Positions 1 to 8,843 of a stretch of 64,000 bases of DNA are shown here, in pieces. Where the stretch lies: positions 1-64,000 of the IMG/VR virus record IMGVR_UViG_3300032053_000042; one strand, given 5' to 3'. Source of the stretch: a virus. The notes beneath the pieces are model-generated. The model ran no database searches. It was not told where the DNA came from and was given only the letters and a program-made list of their open reading frames with translations. The position numbers were made by a program, and so were the translations under genes. Positions within the stretch are counted from its first letter, which is position 1; every line of letters begins with the position of its first letter.

Positions 1-11
1 ATGAAGATCAG

Positions 12-1271
12 ATGATTGTCGGGCTATTAATCCATGACGACCCAGGGCAACCCGATGACAACCCACACGTTATTGGCTGCCTGTATGGTGAAGCAGACGT
101 TACGGCAACAGGGATTGCTGGTACCAATTGTGAGACAACCCCGTTTACCGATAGCATCCCAGATACGTGCGGCGGCGTAAGTATTTGGGGTGTTCAGGGA
201 GTATTACAAGCGGCGAGCGAGGAACCTGTACCTGATGACGACGAGGTAATTGATGACCCTCCGATAACGCTTGATGGCATTGCCTACGTGCAGGCCGTAA
301 CGATGCCAGGATATACGGGCGATAACCGAGGTGAGCCGTTGCCAGGGGATCGTAGTGCCTGGAAGACCGACACTGAGCCACACGGCCAGTTACATGCTCA
401 GGATATAACCCATGAAGAGGCAAAGTACCACCTACCCTACTGGGATGCGGCTAACGGCGAAGCGCCGATATTCAATAGTACTACAGGATTCTGGGAACCT
501 GCCGACGTGCTCACGCCCGCTGAACACACAGCCATTGGCGACGGGGCGCCTCATCACGCGGAGGTGACGTTGGCGGCCAGTGCAGCAGTGTTGATGGATT
601 TGGCGGGGCAAGCCATATCACTGGATGTTCAAGATGCTAAAAAGGCGTTGATGGGGCCTGTATCTGGAGCGGCGGCAGCGCCTACATTCAGGGTGTTGGC
701 AAATACCGACCTGCCAGACCCGTTGGGCTTTGCATTGGCAGCAACACCACTCACCATCGCGGCGGGAGCAGTAACGGTTACTCGCAGTCTACATACTCTC
801 ACCAGTCAAGCTGGATTGGCCGATGACCTGGATACCATCACTGCGGCGGGTGATAGGACGTTACTTTTATTGCAGGCTACAGCAACCCATACCATCACCA
901 TCAAACACGGCACGGGGAACATATCGCTCAACGGCGCGGCGGACTTTGTATTGTCGGGGGAGAAGACATTATTATTGTTTTGGAATGGTACGAAGTGGGT
1001 TGACGTAGGAGCGGGTGGCGGAGCGCTAGCGGACCACGACCACTCAGGACATGCAGGGGATGGCGGAACATTTGACGCGGCCAATCTTACGAGTGGGGCG
1101 TCAACTGATGGACAGGTACTGACTTCGGATGGCGCAGGCGGCGCGGCATGGGAGACTCCCCCAACAGTCACGACCTATTGGGAACCCACGATTGCAGTTG
1201 TGGCTGCGGGCGACCCGCACCTTATATTCACAGGTGGCGATGATATTGTTATGGTCGAGGTGCCGATATGA
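12..1271 (+). CDS. Tail fibre / distal tail structural protein (may begin upstream of the window)
   Basis: Ala/Gly/Thr-rich with fibre-type segments (GQVLTSDGAGGAAWE, HTITIKHGTGNI); lies upstream of the lysis genes. Confidence 0.6.
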   Translation: MIVGLLIHDDPGQPDDNPHVIGCLYGEADVTATGIAGTNCETTPFTDSIPDTCGGVSIWGVQGVLQAASEEPVPDDDEVIDDPPITLDGIAYVQAVTMPGYTGDNRGEPLPGDRSAWKTDTEPHGQLHAQDITHEEAKYHLPYWDAANGEAPIFNSTTGFWEPADVLTPAEHTAIGDGAPHHAEVTLAASAAVLMDLAGQAISLDVQDAKKALMGPVSGAAAAPTFRVLANTDLPDPLGFALAATPLTIAAGAVTVTRSLHTLTSQAGLADDLDTITAAGDRTLLLLQATATHTITIKHGTGNISLNGAADFVLSGEKTLLLFWNGTKWVDVGAGGGALADHDHSGHAGDGGTFDAANLTSGASTDGQVLTSDGAGGAAWETPPTVTTYWEPTIAVVAAGDPHLIFTGGDDIVMVEVPI

Positions 1272-1588
1272 CGCTGCCTAATTACAACTTTGTCAGTCAT
1301 AGCATAACCAATCTAGGGCATAAGGCTGTACGAGTAGAAGTGCTATCGTACATCGCAACGCTTACTGATGAGGTGATTGTAGCAAATAAGGCCTCGGCCA
1401 TGTCGGTGACGCTTCCGGCTGCGACTGGCAGTGGAAAGCCTTTCACAGTTATCAATATCAACTTAGGGCTAGTTACGCTTACGCCAAACGGAGCGGATAC
1501 CATTGATGGAGAAACGACACAGCCGATTAACCAGTGGGACAGCATTCAGGTTGTCGATTATGCAGCGAATAAGTGGGTGATTATATGA
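1268..1588 (+). CDS. Small tail-associated beta-rich protein
   Basis: VTLPAATGSG...NGADTIDG pattern typical of phage tail-fibre modules; ATGA coupling to previous gene. Confidence 0.5.
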   Translation: MTLPNYNFVSHSITNLGHKAVRVEVLSYIATLTDEVIVANKASAMSVTLPAATGSGKPFTVININLGLVTLTPNGADTIDGETTQPINQWDSIQVVDYAANKWVII

Positions 1589-2685
1589 GTTATTTTAGGA
1601 ATATCGCATTCGTCTATTCCAGCCGCGATTATCTGGTAGCGATTGCAGAAGATGAAGAGCTGGGGCATAAACGGTTCAGCAAAGTTGGCTACACGCCGAC
1701 ATTCGCAGTGACAGACAATGACCTCTGGAGCGCAGCGGGCGTGTATGTGTGGCCGACGGCAGCTTTGCAGTGGGCGATGGCGGCTGGCAACGCGGCGGAC
1801 TTGGGTGTTAAGATCAAGGGCAACGCCGAGGGAGCGAACCAGACTATCCTGTGCGAGGCGGGCGGCACCACCACAGAGTTGAACGATGCGGACGGCGCGT
1901 TCACCGATGCCACAGCGGTTGCGATTGGCGACCTTGTGTTGGTATCGCCAAAGGGGGATGGCAGCACCGCAGCCCTGACGCCGGAGTTCGGCTACGTTAC
2001 GGCGGTCGCGGCTACTAAGCTCACCTTCGCTGGCGGACTATCCAGTGGTGGGACTTGCGCGGTTGCGCGGGCATATACCGTAGTGGACAAAAGCGACGGC
2101 ACAGGCACAGGTGCGCAGGTGGTTTATATCGAGTATCTTACCAGCCTGTTCGCAGAGAAAAAGATATTTGTGCTGTTAAACGGTGGTGCGCAGGTTGACT
2201 TCAAGAATGCTGCGGGTGCCGCGCTAACCGATACGTACAGGTTAAACGGACTGCGGATTATAGCGGTTGGGACTGGCGGCAAGAGCGCGGCGGCGATTGC
2301 GCTTAGGTTGCAGTCGTCTGGGATAAACTACGGCTACATCACGGCGGGATTCACACGGGCGCGTGGCGGCTTCTACACCGTGCCAGCCGGTAAGAAGCTA
2401 TATGTGAACGAAATGACAGCGGCCTATGGCATGGGCGCAAAGTCTACATTGGTCGACCAGGGGCGGTTTTGGTTGCGGGCAACGCAAACACCAGGGCTGG
2501 AGTTTCCAACGCCGGGTATCTTTTATCCGTTCACCGAGATTATGTCTGACGGCGGTACGGTGATTGTCCCGTTCTTAGTGCCTCTGATGTTCAGGGCGGG
2601 CGTGGACGTGAAAATATCTGGCATGGCCTCGACTGCTGGTTCAGCGATTGCAACGTACAGAGGTTATACGGAAGTGTACCCGTGA
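1585..2685 (+). CDS. Putative virion structural protein
   Basis: Ala/Gly/Thr-rich; ATGA overlap at 1585-1588 suggests this start. Confidence 0.45.
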   Translation: MSYFRNIAFVYSSRDYLVAIAEDEELGHKRFSKVGYTPTFAVTDNDLWSAAGVYVWPTAALQWAMAAGNAADLGVKIKGNAEGANQTILCEAGGTTTELNDADGAFTDATAVAIGDLVLVSPKGDGSTAALTPEFGYVTAVAATKLTFAGGLSSGGTCAVARAYTVVDKSDGTGTGAQVVYIEYLTSLFAEKKIFVLLNGGAQVDFKNAAGAALTDTYRLNGLRIIAVGTGGKSAAAIALRLQSSGINYGYITAGFTRARGGFYTVPAGKKLYVNEMTAAYGMGAKSTLVDQGRFWLRATQTPGLEFPTPGIFYPFTEIMSDGGTVIVPFLVPLMFRAGVDVKISGMASTAGSAIATYRGYTEVYP

Positions 2686-2936
2686 TAGGTTGCATGATGT
2701 GCGGGGATTGTTGCAGATACCTGAGCTACATCATCCCTGTTGATGAGCCTAATCAGGATTGGATACGGCTGCACGGCGCAACGATTGAGGCGCGGGGAGA
2801 CAAGTTACTGGTAAAAGTGCCTGCGATCTGCGCGGCGCTGATGGATAACAAGTGTACGATATACGAAACGCGGCCAGAGGTATGCAGACGGTATAGGTGC
2901 AACAAGAGCATAGAGAATGAGGCGATGCAGGAATGA
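2682..2936 (+). CDS. YkgJ-like CxxCxxCC cysteine-cluster protein
   Basis: CMMCGDCC...C...CTIYETRPEVCRRYRC signature. Confidence 0.75.
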   Translation: MIGCMMCGDCCRYLSYIIPVDEPNQDWIRLHGATIEARGDKLLVKVPAICAALMDNKCTIYETRPEVCRRYRCNKSIENEAMQE

Positions 2937-2966
2937 GCACGCAAATATTGCCTGATAGGAGGTTGA

Positions 2967-3362
2967 ATGGCTAAACACAGTGACTTAGTAACGACAAATA
3001 TCCATATCCCGTATGCCTTCAGCTATGCCAACGCTGGGGCTAGAACTGGGGCGGTGGGCATGGTAGCGGCGGATGTGGGCAAGTTCGCCAGGCAGACGGA
3101 TGATAATTCAATCTGGATTCTGACGGCCACTACTCCAACATGGGTAGCTGTTGGCGGCGGCGGTGGTAATGTCGCCACTGATGCGATATGGGATGCTCTT
3201 GGCGATTTGGCCGCTGGAACTGGGCCTAATACGGCGGCAATCTTGACCGCTGGTGCAAACGGAGAAGTGCTGACGGCGGATGATGGAGAAGCTACTGGGT
3301 TAATATGGGCGCCTGCGGGTGGCGGTTCAACTGACATTTTAATGGTTCAGATATTCACATAG
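2967..3362 (+). CDS. Tail fibre-related protein
   Basis: Gly/Ala-rich; GEVLTAD..GLIW motif resembles that in 12..1271; AGGAGG SD. Confidence 0.5.
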   Translation: MAKHSDLVTTNIHIPYAFSYANAGARTGAVGMVAADVGKFARQTDDNSIWILTATTPTWVAVGGGGGNVATDAIWDALGDLAAGTGPNTAAILTAGANGEVLTADDGEATGLIWAPAGGGSTDILMVQIFT

Positions 3363-3372
3363 GAGAAATGAA

Positions 3373-3726
3373 ATGGCAACATACGAGAAGGTATCGCTAT
3401 CAGGCGCTGACCACGGAGTAGGTATCATGGTGCATGTAAACGTCACATTGGGTACTGTCATACACACCACTCCCAACAACACGACAGATTGGGATGAAGT
3501 ATGGTTATGGGCAGTAAATACCCACACGGCCACTATATTATTAACAATTGAGTGGGGTGGGGTATCAGTTCCTGCCAACATTATAACGGTAGGTATTCCG
3601 GCACAACAGGGTCTAATCCTGGTGGTGCCTGGGCTGATACTACAAGACGCGAAGGTCGTAACAGCGTTCGCCGCTACCATTGACAAGATTTCCATCTCTG
3701 GATTTGTGAACAGGATAACCCCATAA
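3373..3726 (+). CDS. Small virion-associated protein
   Basis: SD AGGAG; beta-rich; tail gene context. Confidence 0.4.
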   Translation: MATYEKVSLSGADHGVGIMVHVNVTLGTVIHTTPNNTTDWDEVWLWAVNTHTATILLTIEWGGVSVPANIITVGIPAQQGLILVVPGLILQDAKVVTAFAATIDKISISGFVNRITP

Positions 3727-4460
3727 TGCCAAACATCTATAACGCATACAGAGGCAGAGACCGAAAATCTGGGGTGATAGATGATAAGGCAGTGGCAACG
3801 TGGTTTCCAGATTCGCTTTCTGGATTGGCAGTTTGGTTGGCGGCATATAAATTGATTGGTAAGAATGATAATGATGCCATAGACTCATGGACCGATGAAA
3901 GCGGGAACGGAAAGCATGCGGTACAAGCCACTGGCAACAAACAACCAATCTATAAGACCAATATCATCAATGGATTACCAATACTACGATTTGATGGTGC
4001 AAATGATGATATGGAAATGACTGGATTATCTGCCGGAAGCGATGTTACCTACTTCTTCGTGATTAAACCAGATGGTACTAGCCCAGTAGGCATATTCGAC
4101 TCAGCGCCGAACACTCAATATACTTTTCGTAATATGAGTGGTGGTTATTTAGAGTGGCATAGTAACGATCCAAACGTGCCTTTACTTTTGGCTGATGTTA
4201 ATGCTGTCATCTTGACGTTTATCTGTACTAGATTATCTAAGCGCCAGATAATTTACTACAAAAATGGTTCCCCTTTATCTACCTATGGCGGCGCAACTTC
4301 AGATATAATGGCGTGGTCTAATCCCAGGATAGGTTCTGTCAATCTCACTGCCGTCTTGTACGATGGAGACATGGCAGAAGTAATTATATACAATTCTGCT
4401 CTTAGCGACGCAAACCTAGCGAAAGTACATGCCTATCTAAAGAATTTATACGGAATTTAG
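3726..4460 (+). CDS. LamG/concanavalin-A-like lectin-fold protein (candidate receptor binding)
   Basis: WTDESGNG..A.Q....QP....INGLP.LRFDG..D and C-terminal GDMAEVIIYNSALS...YL..YGI. Confidence 0.7.
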   Translation: MPNIYNAYRGRDRKSGVIDDKAVATWFPDSLSGLAVWLAAYKLIGKNDNDAIDSWTDESGNGKHAVQATGNKQPIYKTNIINGLPILRFDGANDDMEMTGLSAGSDVTYFFVIKPDGTSPVGIFDSAPNTQYTFRNMSGGYLEWHSNDPNVPLLLADVNAVILTFICTRLSKRQIIYYKNGSPLSTYGGATSDIMAWSNPRIGSVNLTAVLYDGDMAEVIIYNSALSDANLAKVHAYLKNLYGI

Positions 4461-4472
4461 GAGAATAATTCA

Positions 4473-5885
4473 ATGCAACTTCACAAGCCGCTGGCCGCTA
4501 ATTGGCCGGTGAGCACGTTCTATGGCGAAATCCTGTACGACGCCGAGGGCAAGCCGTACCAGCATCTAGCGATAGACTATGCCTGCCCGTCGGGAACGCC
4601 TGTGCTGGCTAGTCATTCGGGAGTGGTGAACTACGAATCTACATTATTAGGCGGCATCGTTGCGCGGGTGACGGGTGACCATTGCTACACGCGGTATTGT
4701 CATCTTATGGGTTATTGGGTTGTGAATGAGGCACAGGTGCAGGCGGGTGAACAGATAGCGGTGAGCGGAAATACGGGAACGACAGATAGTCATCTGCATT
4801 GGGCGGCGCACTGGCTTGATGGTAAAGCGTTTAATCCTACACCGTATATGGGAGGAAGCATGTCTAAAATCGCATTGCACTTTCAGGGAATGACCTCGTG
4901 GGCTGCCTCGATTGTAGCGCAATACTGGCAGTTTCCCAGGTGGGTGAAAGTAATGAATCCGCCAGTGCCAGATGCCTTTCCAGGGACGTATGTGCTCGGT
5001 CGGGCGTTTGTTCACGCCGACAATAATAACTGGGAGCAGGCTTGTGTTGCAAAGGGCGCGGCTGGTGGCGTCGAATACTTTGAGTTTATGCTGCCCTATT
5101 ACGCTGCACGGCGCGGGATTGTTACGGCCTGGGAAGCGGTCAACGAGCCGATATTGCAGTCAATCCAGCAAGCCACGAACTACAGGGATTTCCTGGACTC
5201 CTGGGCGCTAAAGATGCACGGCGTGGGGCTACGGTGTTGCGGGGGCAGTATCAGCGTCGGTAATCCAGCAGTGATGAAGTATAACGCCAACAATGATGTG
5301 CTCAGGATTATCGCGCCAGCTTTATCTCGCTGCGATTACTGGTCATATCACGGTTACTGGCAGAGACCCTATGACCCAGCAGATGGCTGGTGGGCACATC
5401 GTTACCGCCTGATTGTGAACGATTGCGCTGCTATGGGGATAACGTTACCGCCGTTGATTATATCCGAGTGCGGCGCTGACATAGGCGGCGGCCACAACGA
5501 CGGCTGGCGGGTGCAGTATGGCGGAGATTGGAATGCGTTTTTCACGGACATTAAGCGCTACAGCGCCGAGCTGGACAAAGATAATTACGTGGTGACTGCA
5601 ACGTTCTTCACATCGGGACCCAATGACGATTGGGATATGTATGAACACGACCAGATGAACGCGGTTGCAATGGGTCAATTCGTGGTAGGCGATGTACCAG
5701 TTGAACCGCCCCATGAGGGATTGCCGATGGAAGAAACTGCTACAGATGCGAAGACGATTATTGTCAAGTGCAGGTGGTGGTTGGAGGAGTGCCAGCGCCA
5801 ATACGAGTCTGGCAACATTCAGAGAGCGAACGATATTCGTCTATCACTAATCCAGTTGATGTATAGGGCAGAAAACGCCCTTTAG
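4473..5885 (+). CDS. Endolysin: N-terminal M23 peptidase plus TIM-barrel glycoside hydrolase domain
   Basis: HLAID, Y.HL, SGNTG..SHLHW (M23); WEAVNEP and IISECG clan-A GH catalytic motifs. Confidence 0.75.
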   Translation: MQLHKPLAANWPVSTFYGEILYDAEGKPYQHLAIDYACPSGTPVLASHSGVVNYESTLLGGIVARVTGDHCYTRYCHLMGYWVVNEAQVQAGEQIAVSGNTGTTDSHLHWAAHWLDGKAFNPTPYMGGSMSKIALHFQGMTSWAASIVAQYWQFPRWVKVMNPPVPDAFPGTYVLGRAFVHADNNNWEQACVAKGAAGGVEYFEFMLPYYAARRGIVTAWEAVNEPILQSIQQATNYRDFLDSWALKMHGVGLRCCGGSISVGNPAVMKYNANNDVLRIIAPALSRCDYWSYHGYWQRPYDPADGWWAHRYRLIVNDCAAMGITLPPLIISECGADIGGGHNDGWRVQYGGDWNAFFTDIKRYSAELDKDNYVVTATFFTSGPNDDWDMYEHDQMNAVAMGQFVVGDVPVEPPHEGLPMEETATDAKTIIVKCRWWLEECQRQYESGNIQRANDIRLSLIQLMYRAENAL

Positions 5886-5920
5886 CTAATCCGCCGCAAC
5901 GTTCAGAAAGCAGGTGCAGA

Positions 5921-6253
5921 ATGACAGAGGATGAGAGTCGCCAGATAAAGGAAAGTCTTGGAGAAATAACCAGGACATTGTCCACAGTTCAACAGGCGGT
6001 CGCGCGATTGGAAAACCAGGTTTCCAATGAGGCTGCGTTATGTCCGTTCCGGGAAGTAATTTCACGGGCTGCCAATAACGGCGCGCGACTGGCGCTTGCG
6101 GAGACGCACGTCGATCATATTGAAGAAAAGATGCACGCTTTAGAACTACAGTTTGCGAAGGCAGGGATCATCTCGGGTGCTGCGGGTGGTGGCGTGTTTA
6201 GCGCGGTCGGGGTGGTTGTGTTCGCTATCGGTAAGGGCGCAGGTTGGTGGTGA
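5921..6253 (+). CDS. Holin-like protein (coiled coil plus C-terminal TM helix)
   Basis: Follows endolysin; heptad-rich N-terminus, hydrophobic C-terminus. Confidence 0.5.
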   Translation: MTEDESRQIKESLGEITRTLSTVQQAVARLENQVSNEAALCPFREVISRAANNGARLALAETHVDHIEEKMHALELQFAKAGIISGAAGGGVFSAVGVVVFAIGKGAGWW

Positions 6254-6316
6254 TATAGGGAGGCAATATGGAAACATTACTCGATCTACGGTCGAACGGA
6301 TGGAGGGTGAAGCGAA

Positions 6317-6571
6317 ATGACACGAAAAGTAGCAGTGGTGGTAGTAGGTGACGTAGACGGTGCCCAGATCAAGTGCACCAAGGCAGGATACGGTCTTATC
6401 GAGGTTACCTGTGACTTACCTGCCGTGGCTCGTGGAGATCGTATCGTTCCGTCGCTTGTTACTCCCTTACAGGGCACCACGAACAACGCAGCACATCCTG
6501 ATTACGTAGTAGGGATTGCTGTAACGGCCAAAGCTGGTGGAGCAAGCGGTCCTGTAATAATTACGGCTTAG
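6317..6571 (+). CDS. Hypothetical protein
   Basis: SD GGAGG; converges on and overlaps the helicase 3' end. Confidence 0.4.
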   Translation: MTRKVAVVVVGDVDGAQIKCTKAGYGLIEVTCDLPAVARGDRIVPSLVTPLQGTTNNAAHPDYVVGIAVTAKAGGASGPVIITA

Positions 6572-8186
6572 TCCAGCGTAGAAGTTCTTCGCGTAGCGCA
6601 GTTCCTAAGACCGCTTCAGTCATAGCTATCTTACGCTTGAGAATCTTCTCCACCAGGTCGTCGATCGTCCCGGGACAATAAAGGTTCTGGATAAGCACCT
6701 TTCCTGTTTGACCGATTCCATGTACGCGGTCCTCTGCCTGGCTTTGACGAGTAGGATTCCAATGCTTGTCGATGAAGATGACCACCTCTACTCCTGCCTC
6801 TCTTAGGTTGAGGCCTGTGCCAGCTCCTGCAATAGTTCCCAGGAGCACGCGGGCCTCTCCTCGTATCAGACGTTGCCGAGAAGCCTCCGACTCCTCGGCG
6901 GTTAGGCCTCCCCAGATAGTAGTGAAAGGTATACCCAAGCAGTCTAATCTGTTCATTAGGGCCTCAATTGTAGCTCGAAATAACGTAAAGATTATTACTT
7001 TCCCTTTGTAAGTGCTCAGAAAATCCTCAATGTAGCTAAGCTTGATACTTGTATCTTCTAATCCGAACACTCGAGGAGTGCTTAGGATCTGGCGTAATCT
7101 AGTAATCTTGGCCATAGCGCTATCGATTGTAATAATTTCGCCCTCGGGTAGCTCGATTAACATCTCTTTGGCGGCGGTTCTATAAATCCCTGCCTGTTTA
7201 GCTTCCATCTGCAAAGGTATAGTCTGGTATGTCTTTTCAAGTAGCTGGGGATATACATCAGTCTTAAGGCGTCGAATCATCATGGGCGCCAGGTCGCGCC
7301 GTAGTAGAGCCTCGTTTCTTACCCCTAGAACTTCACGACCACCAAAGCCATTCTCGCGATAACGAACGAACAGCTCGTAGAAGCGCCAGTAGGACTTATA
7401 TCGATCGGGATACAGAAGGTGAAGTAGCGCCCACACCTCTGCTGGGTTGTTACCGTAAGGCGTCGCTGTGATGATAAGCTTATGAAAGCTCTTTAGTTTT
7501 TCGGCGGCCTCGTACGTTTGCGTCTGACGATTGCACAGGGTGTGGCCTTCGTCAAATACTGCCCAGTCCCAATTGATCTTGGCTAACTGAGGAACAAGTG
7601 ACAGCTGTCGATAGTTTACAATAAGCCAGCCTCCTTCGAAGTTGGCCATTTGCTTATCTCGAGTCGTTGAGTCTAGTACTGTAACAGGAAGGCGTTCTCT
7701 AGACCATCGATTGTACTCAAGTTCCCACCACAATTTCAACGTGTTCAAGCAAACTACCAGCACTGTTCCATGCCGCTCAGATACCTCTAGGCCTACTATA
7801 GCCTGTAGCGTCTTGCCAAGTCCTGTGTCATCACATAACAAGACGTGGCCTAAGCGATCGATAGCGTTAACTCCGGCTCTCTGAAAAGGTAAAAGCTTGT
7901 CGGTCGCCGGGTGTACTAGCCAGCTATCTTGCTGGGCTAGGATACGCATTCTGGCCATTTCAGGCATCACCGTGTTGTCGTACCAGACTTGGGCCCTTTC
8001 GTCGAACTGCACCTTCATTGACAGAAGCAGTTCGAAGATTCTGGGTTCGGCAGGTAGAGTTACATAGTTGCTCTTCTTAGCTACCCCTTGGACTAGCTGA
8101 AGTACCTTCCAGACTTTAGCTGCCACAGTGCCATCGACAACCAGCTTGGAGGCGCCCTTAGCAGGAGTAATTAGAGTGCCGGTCAT
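6561..8186 (-). CDS. SNF2-family helicase
   Basis: DDTGLGKT (motif I), FDEGH (II), TATP (III), GTGLNL, QAEDRVH (VI); ATGA-coupled start at 8186. Confidence 0.9.
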   Translation of the reverse strand: MTGTLITPAKGASKLVVDGTVAAKVWKVLQLVQGVAKKSNYVTLPAEPRIFELLLSMKVQFDERAQVWYDNTVMPEMARMRILAQQDSWLVHPATDKLLPFQRAGVNAIDRLGHVLLCDDTGLGKTLQAIVGLEVSERHGTVLVVCLNTLKLWWELEYNRWSRERLPVTVLDSTTRDKQMANFEGGWLIVNYRQLSLVPQLAKINWDWAVFDEGHTLCNRQTQTYEAAEKLKSFHKLIITATPYGNNPAEVWALLHLLYPDRYKSYWRFYELFVRYRENGFGGREVLGVRNEALLRRDLAPMMIRRLKTDVYPQLLEKTYQTIPLQMEAKQAGIYRTAAKEMLIELPEGEIITIDSAMAKITRLRQILSTPRVFGLEDTSIKLSYIEDFLSTYKGKVIIFTLFRATIEALMNRLDCLGIPFTTIWGGLTAEESEASRQRLIRGEARVLLGTIAGAGTGLNLREAGVEVVIFIDKHWNPTRQSQAEDRVHGIGQTGKVLIQNLYCPGTIDDLVEKILKRKIAMTEAVLGTALREELLRWTKP

Positions 8187-8563
8187 CCTGGATGCCTCCT
8201 TCGATAGGCCTCGGCATGCCTCCACGCATCTTGCACGTGCACGTTACGAATTCGTGGGTTCCTTGGTAGGAATTTGGCGACCGACGCCATCTGCTCAGCA
8301 ATTGGTATTTGAGCTCGTTCAGCAAGATACTTCACAACTCCTATTACCTGCACGCTCGGAAACCAAGAACCAATCTGCGATTGTGCCTTGTGTCGATAAA
8401 GCCTGAAAGCCTCGATAACAATTATATCTGGACGCGTAGTCCAGATAATGTGATCAATCTTCTCCCACAGGTGCACCACTGTGCCAGAGATCTCGTTGGG
8501 CTTAGTGGTGTCGATAAATGCAATCCCTGTGCTTTCACCGGGATCTATGGCCAATATTTTCAT
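8183..8563 (-). CDS. RuvC-like Holliday junction resolvase
   Basis: ILAIDPG..TG, IVIE, HVQDA acidic RNase H-fold motifs. Confidence 0.75.
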   Translation of the reverse strand: MKILAIDPGESTGIAFIDTTKPNEISGTVVHLWEKIDHIIWTTRPDIIVIEAFRLYRHKAQSQIGSWFPSVQVIGVVKYLAERAQIPIAEQMASVAKFLPRNPRIRNVHVQDAWRHAEAYRRRHPG

Positions 8564-8835
8564 GGCAGCGTTACCTTCGTCACTTCGTCTATAGCCAGTT
8601 TGAAGACCGCATACTCACCCATCGGGAACCAATGAACGCCATGTTTAGCTGACTGCCATTCGAAGGTGATGTTTCCACAGCTATCCCACTCGGCTCCGTA
8701 TAATGGTGCGTACTTCTCACGCATTTCGAGGACGCAGGTAAGAAGGGTGTACTGTGGAGAGCTGTACTCTATGTGCTTATAGCCTTCAGCCCGTGCAAAG
8801 ATGTCCTCGAATACTAATCTATATTTTCGTTCCAT
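8560..8835 (-). CDS. Hypothetical protein
   Basis: SD AGGAG; translationally coupled. Confidence 0.5.
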   Translation of the reverse strand: MERKYRLVFEDIFARAEGYKHIEYSSPQYTLLTCVLEMREKYAPLYGAEWDSCGNITFEWQSAKHGVHWFPMGEYAVFKLAIDEVTKVTLP

Positions 8836-8843
8836 ACGCTCCT

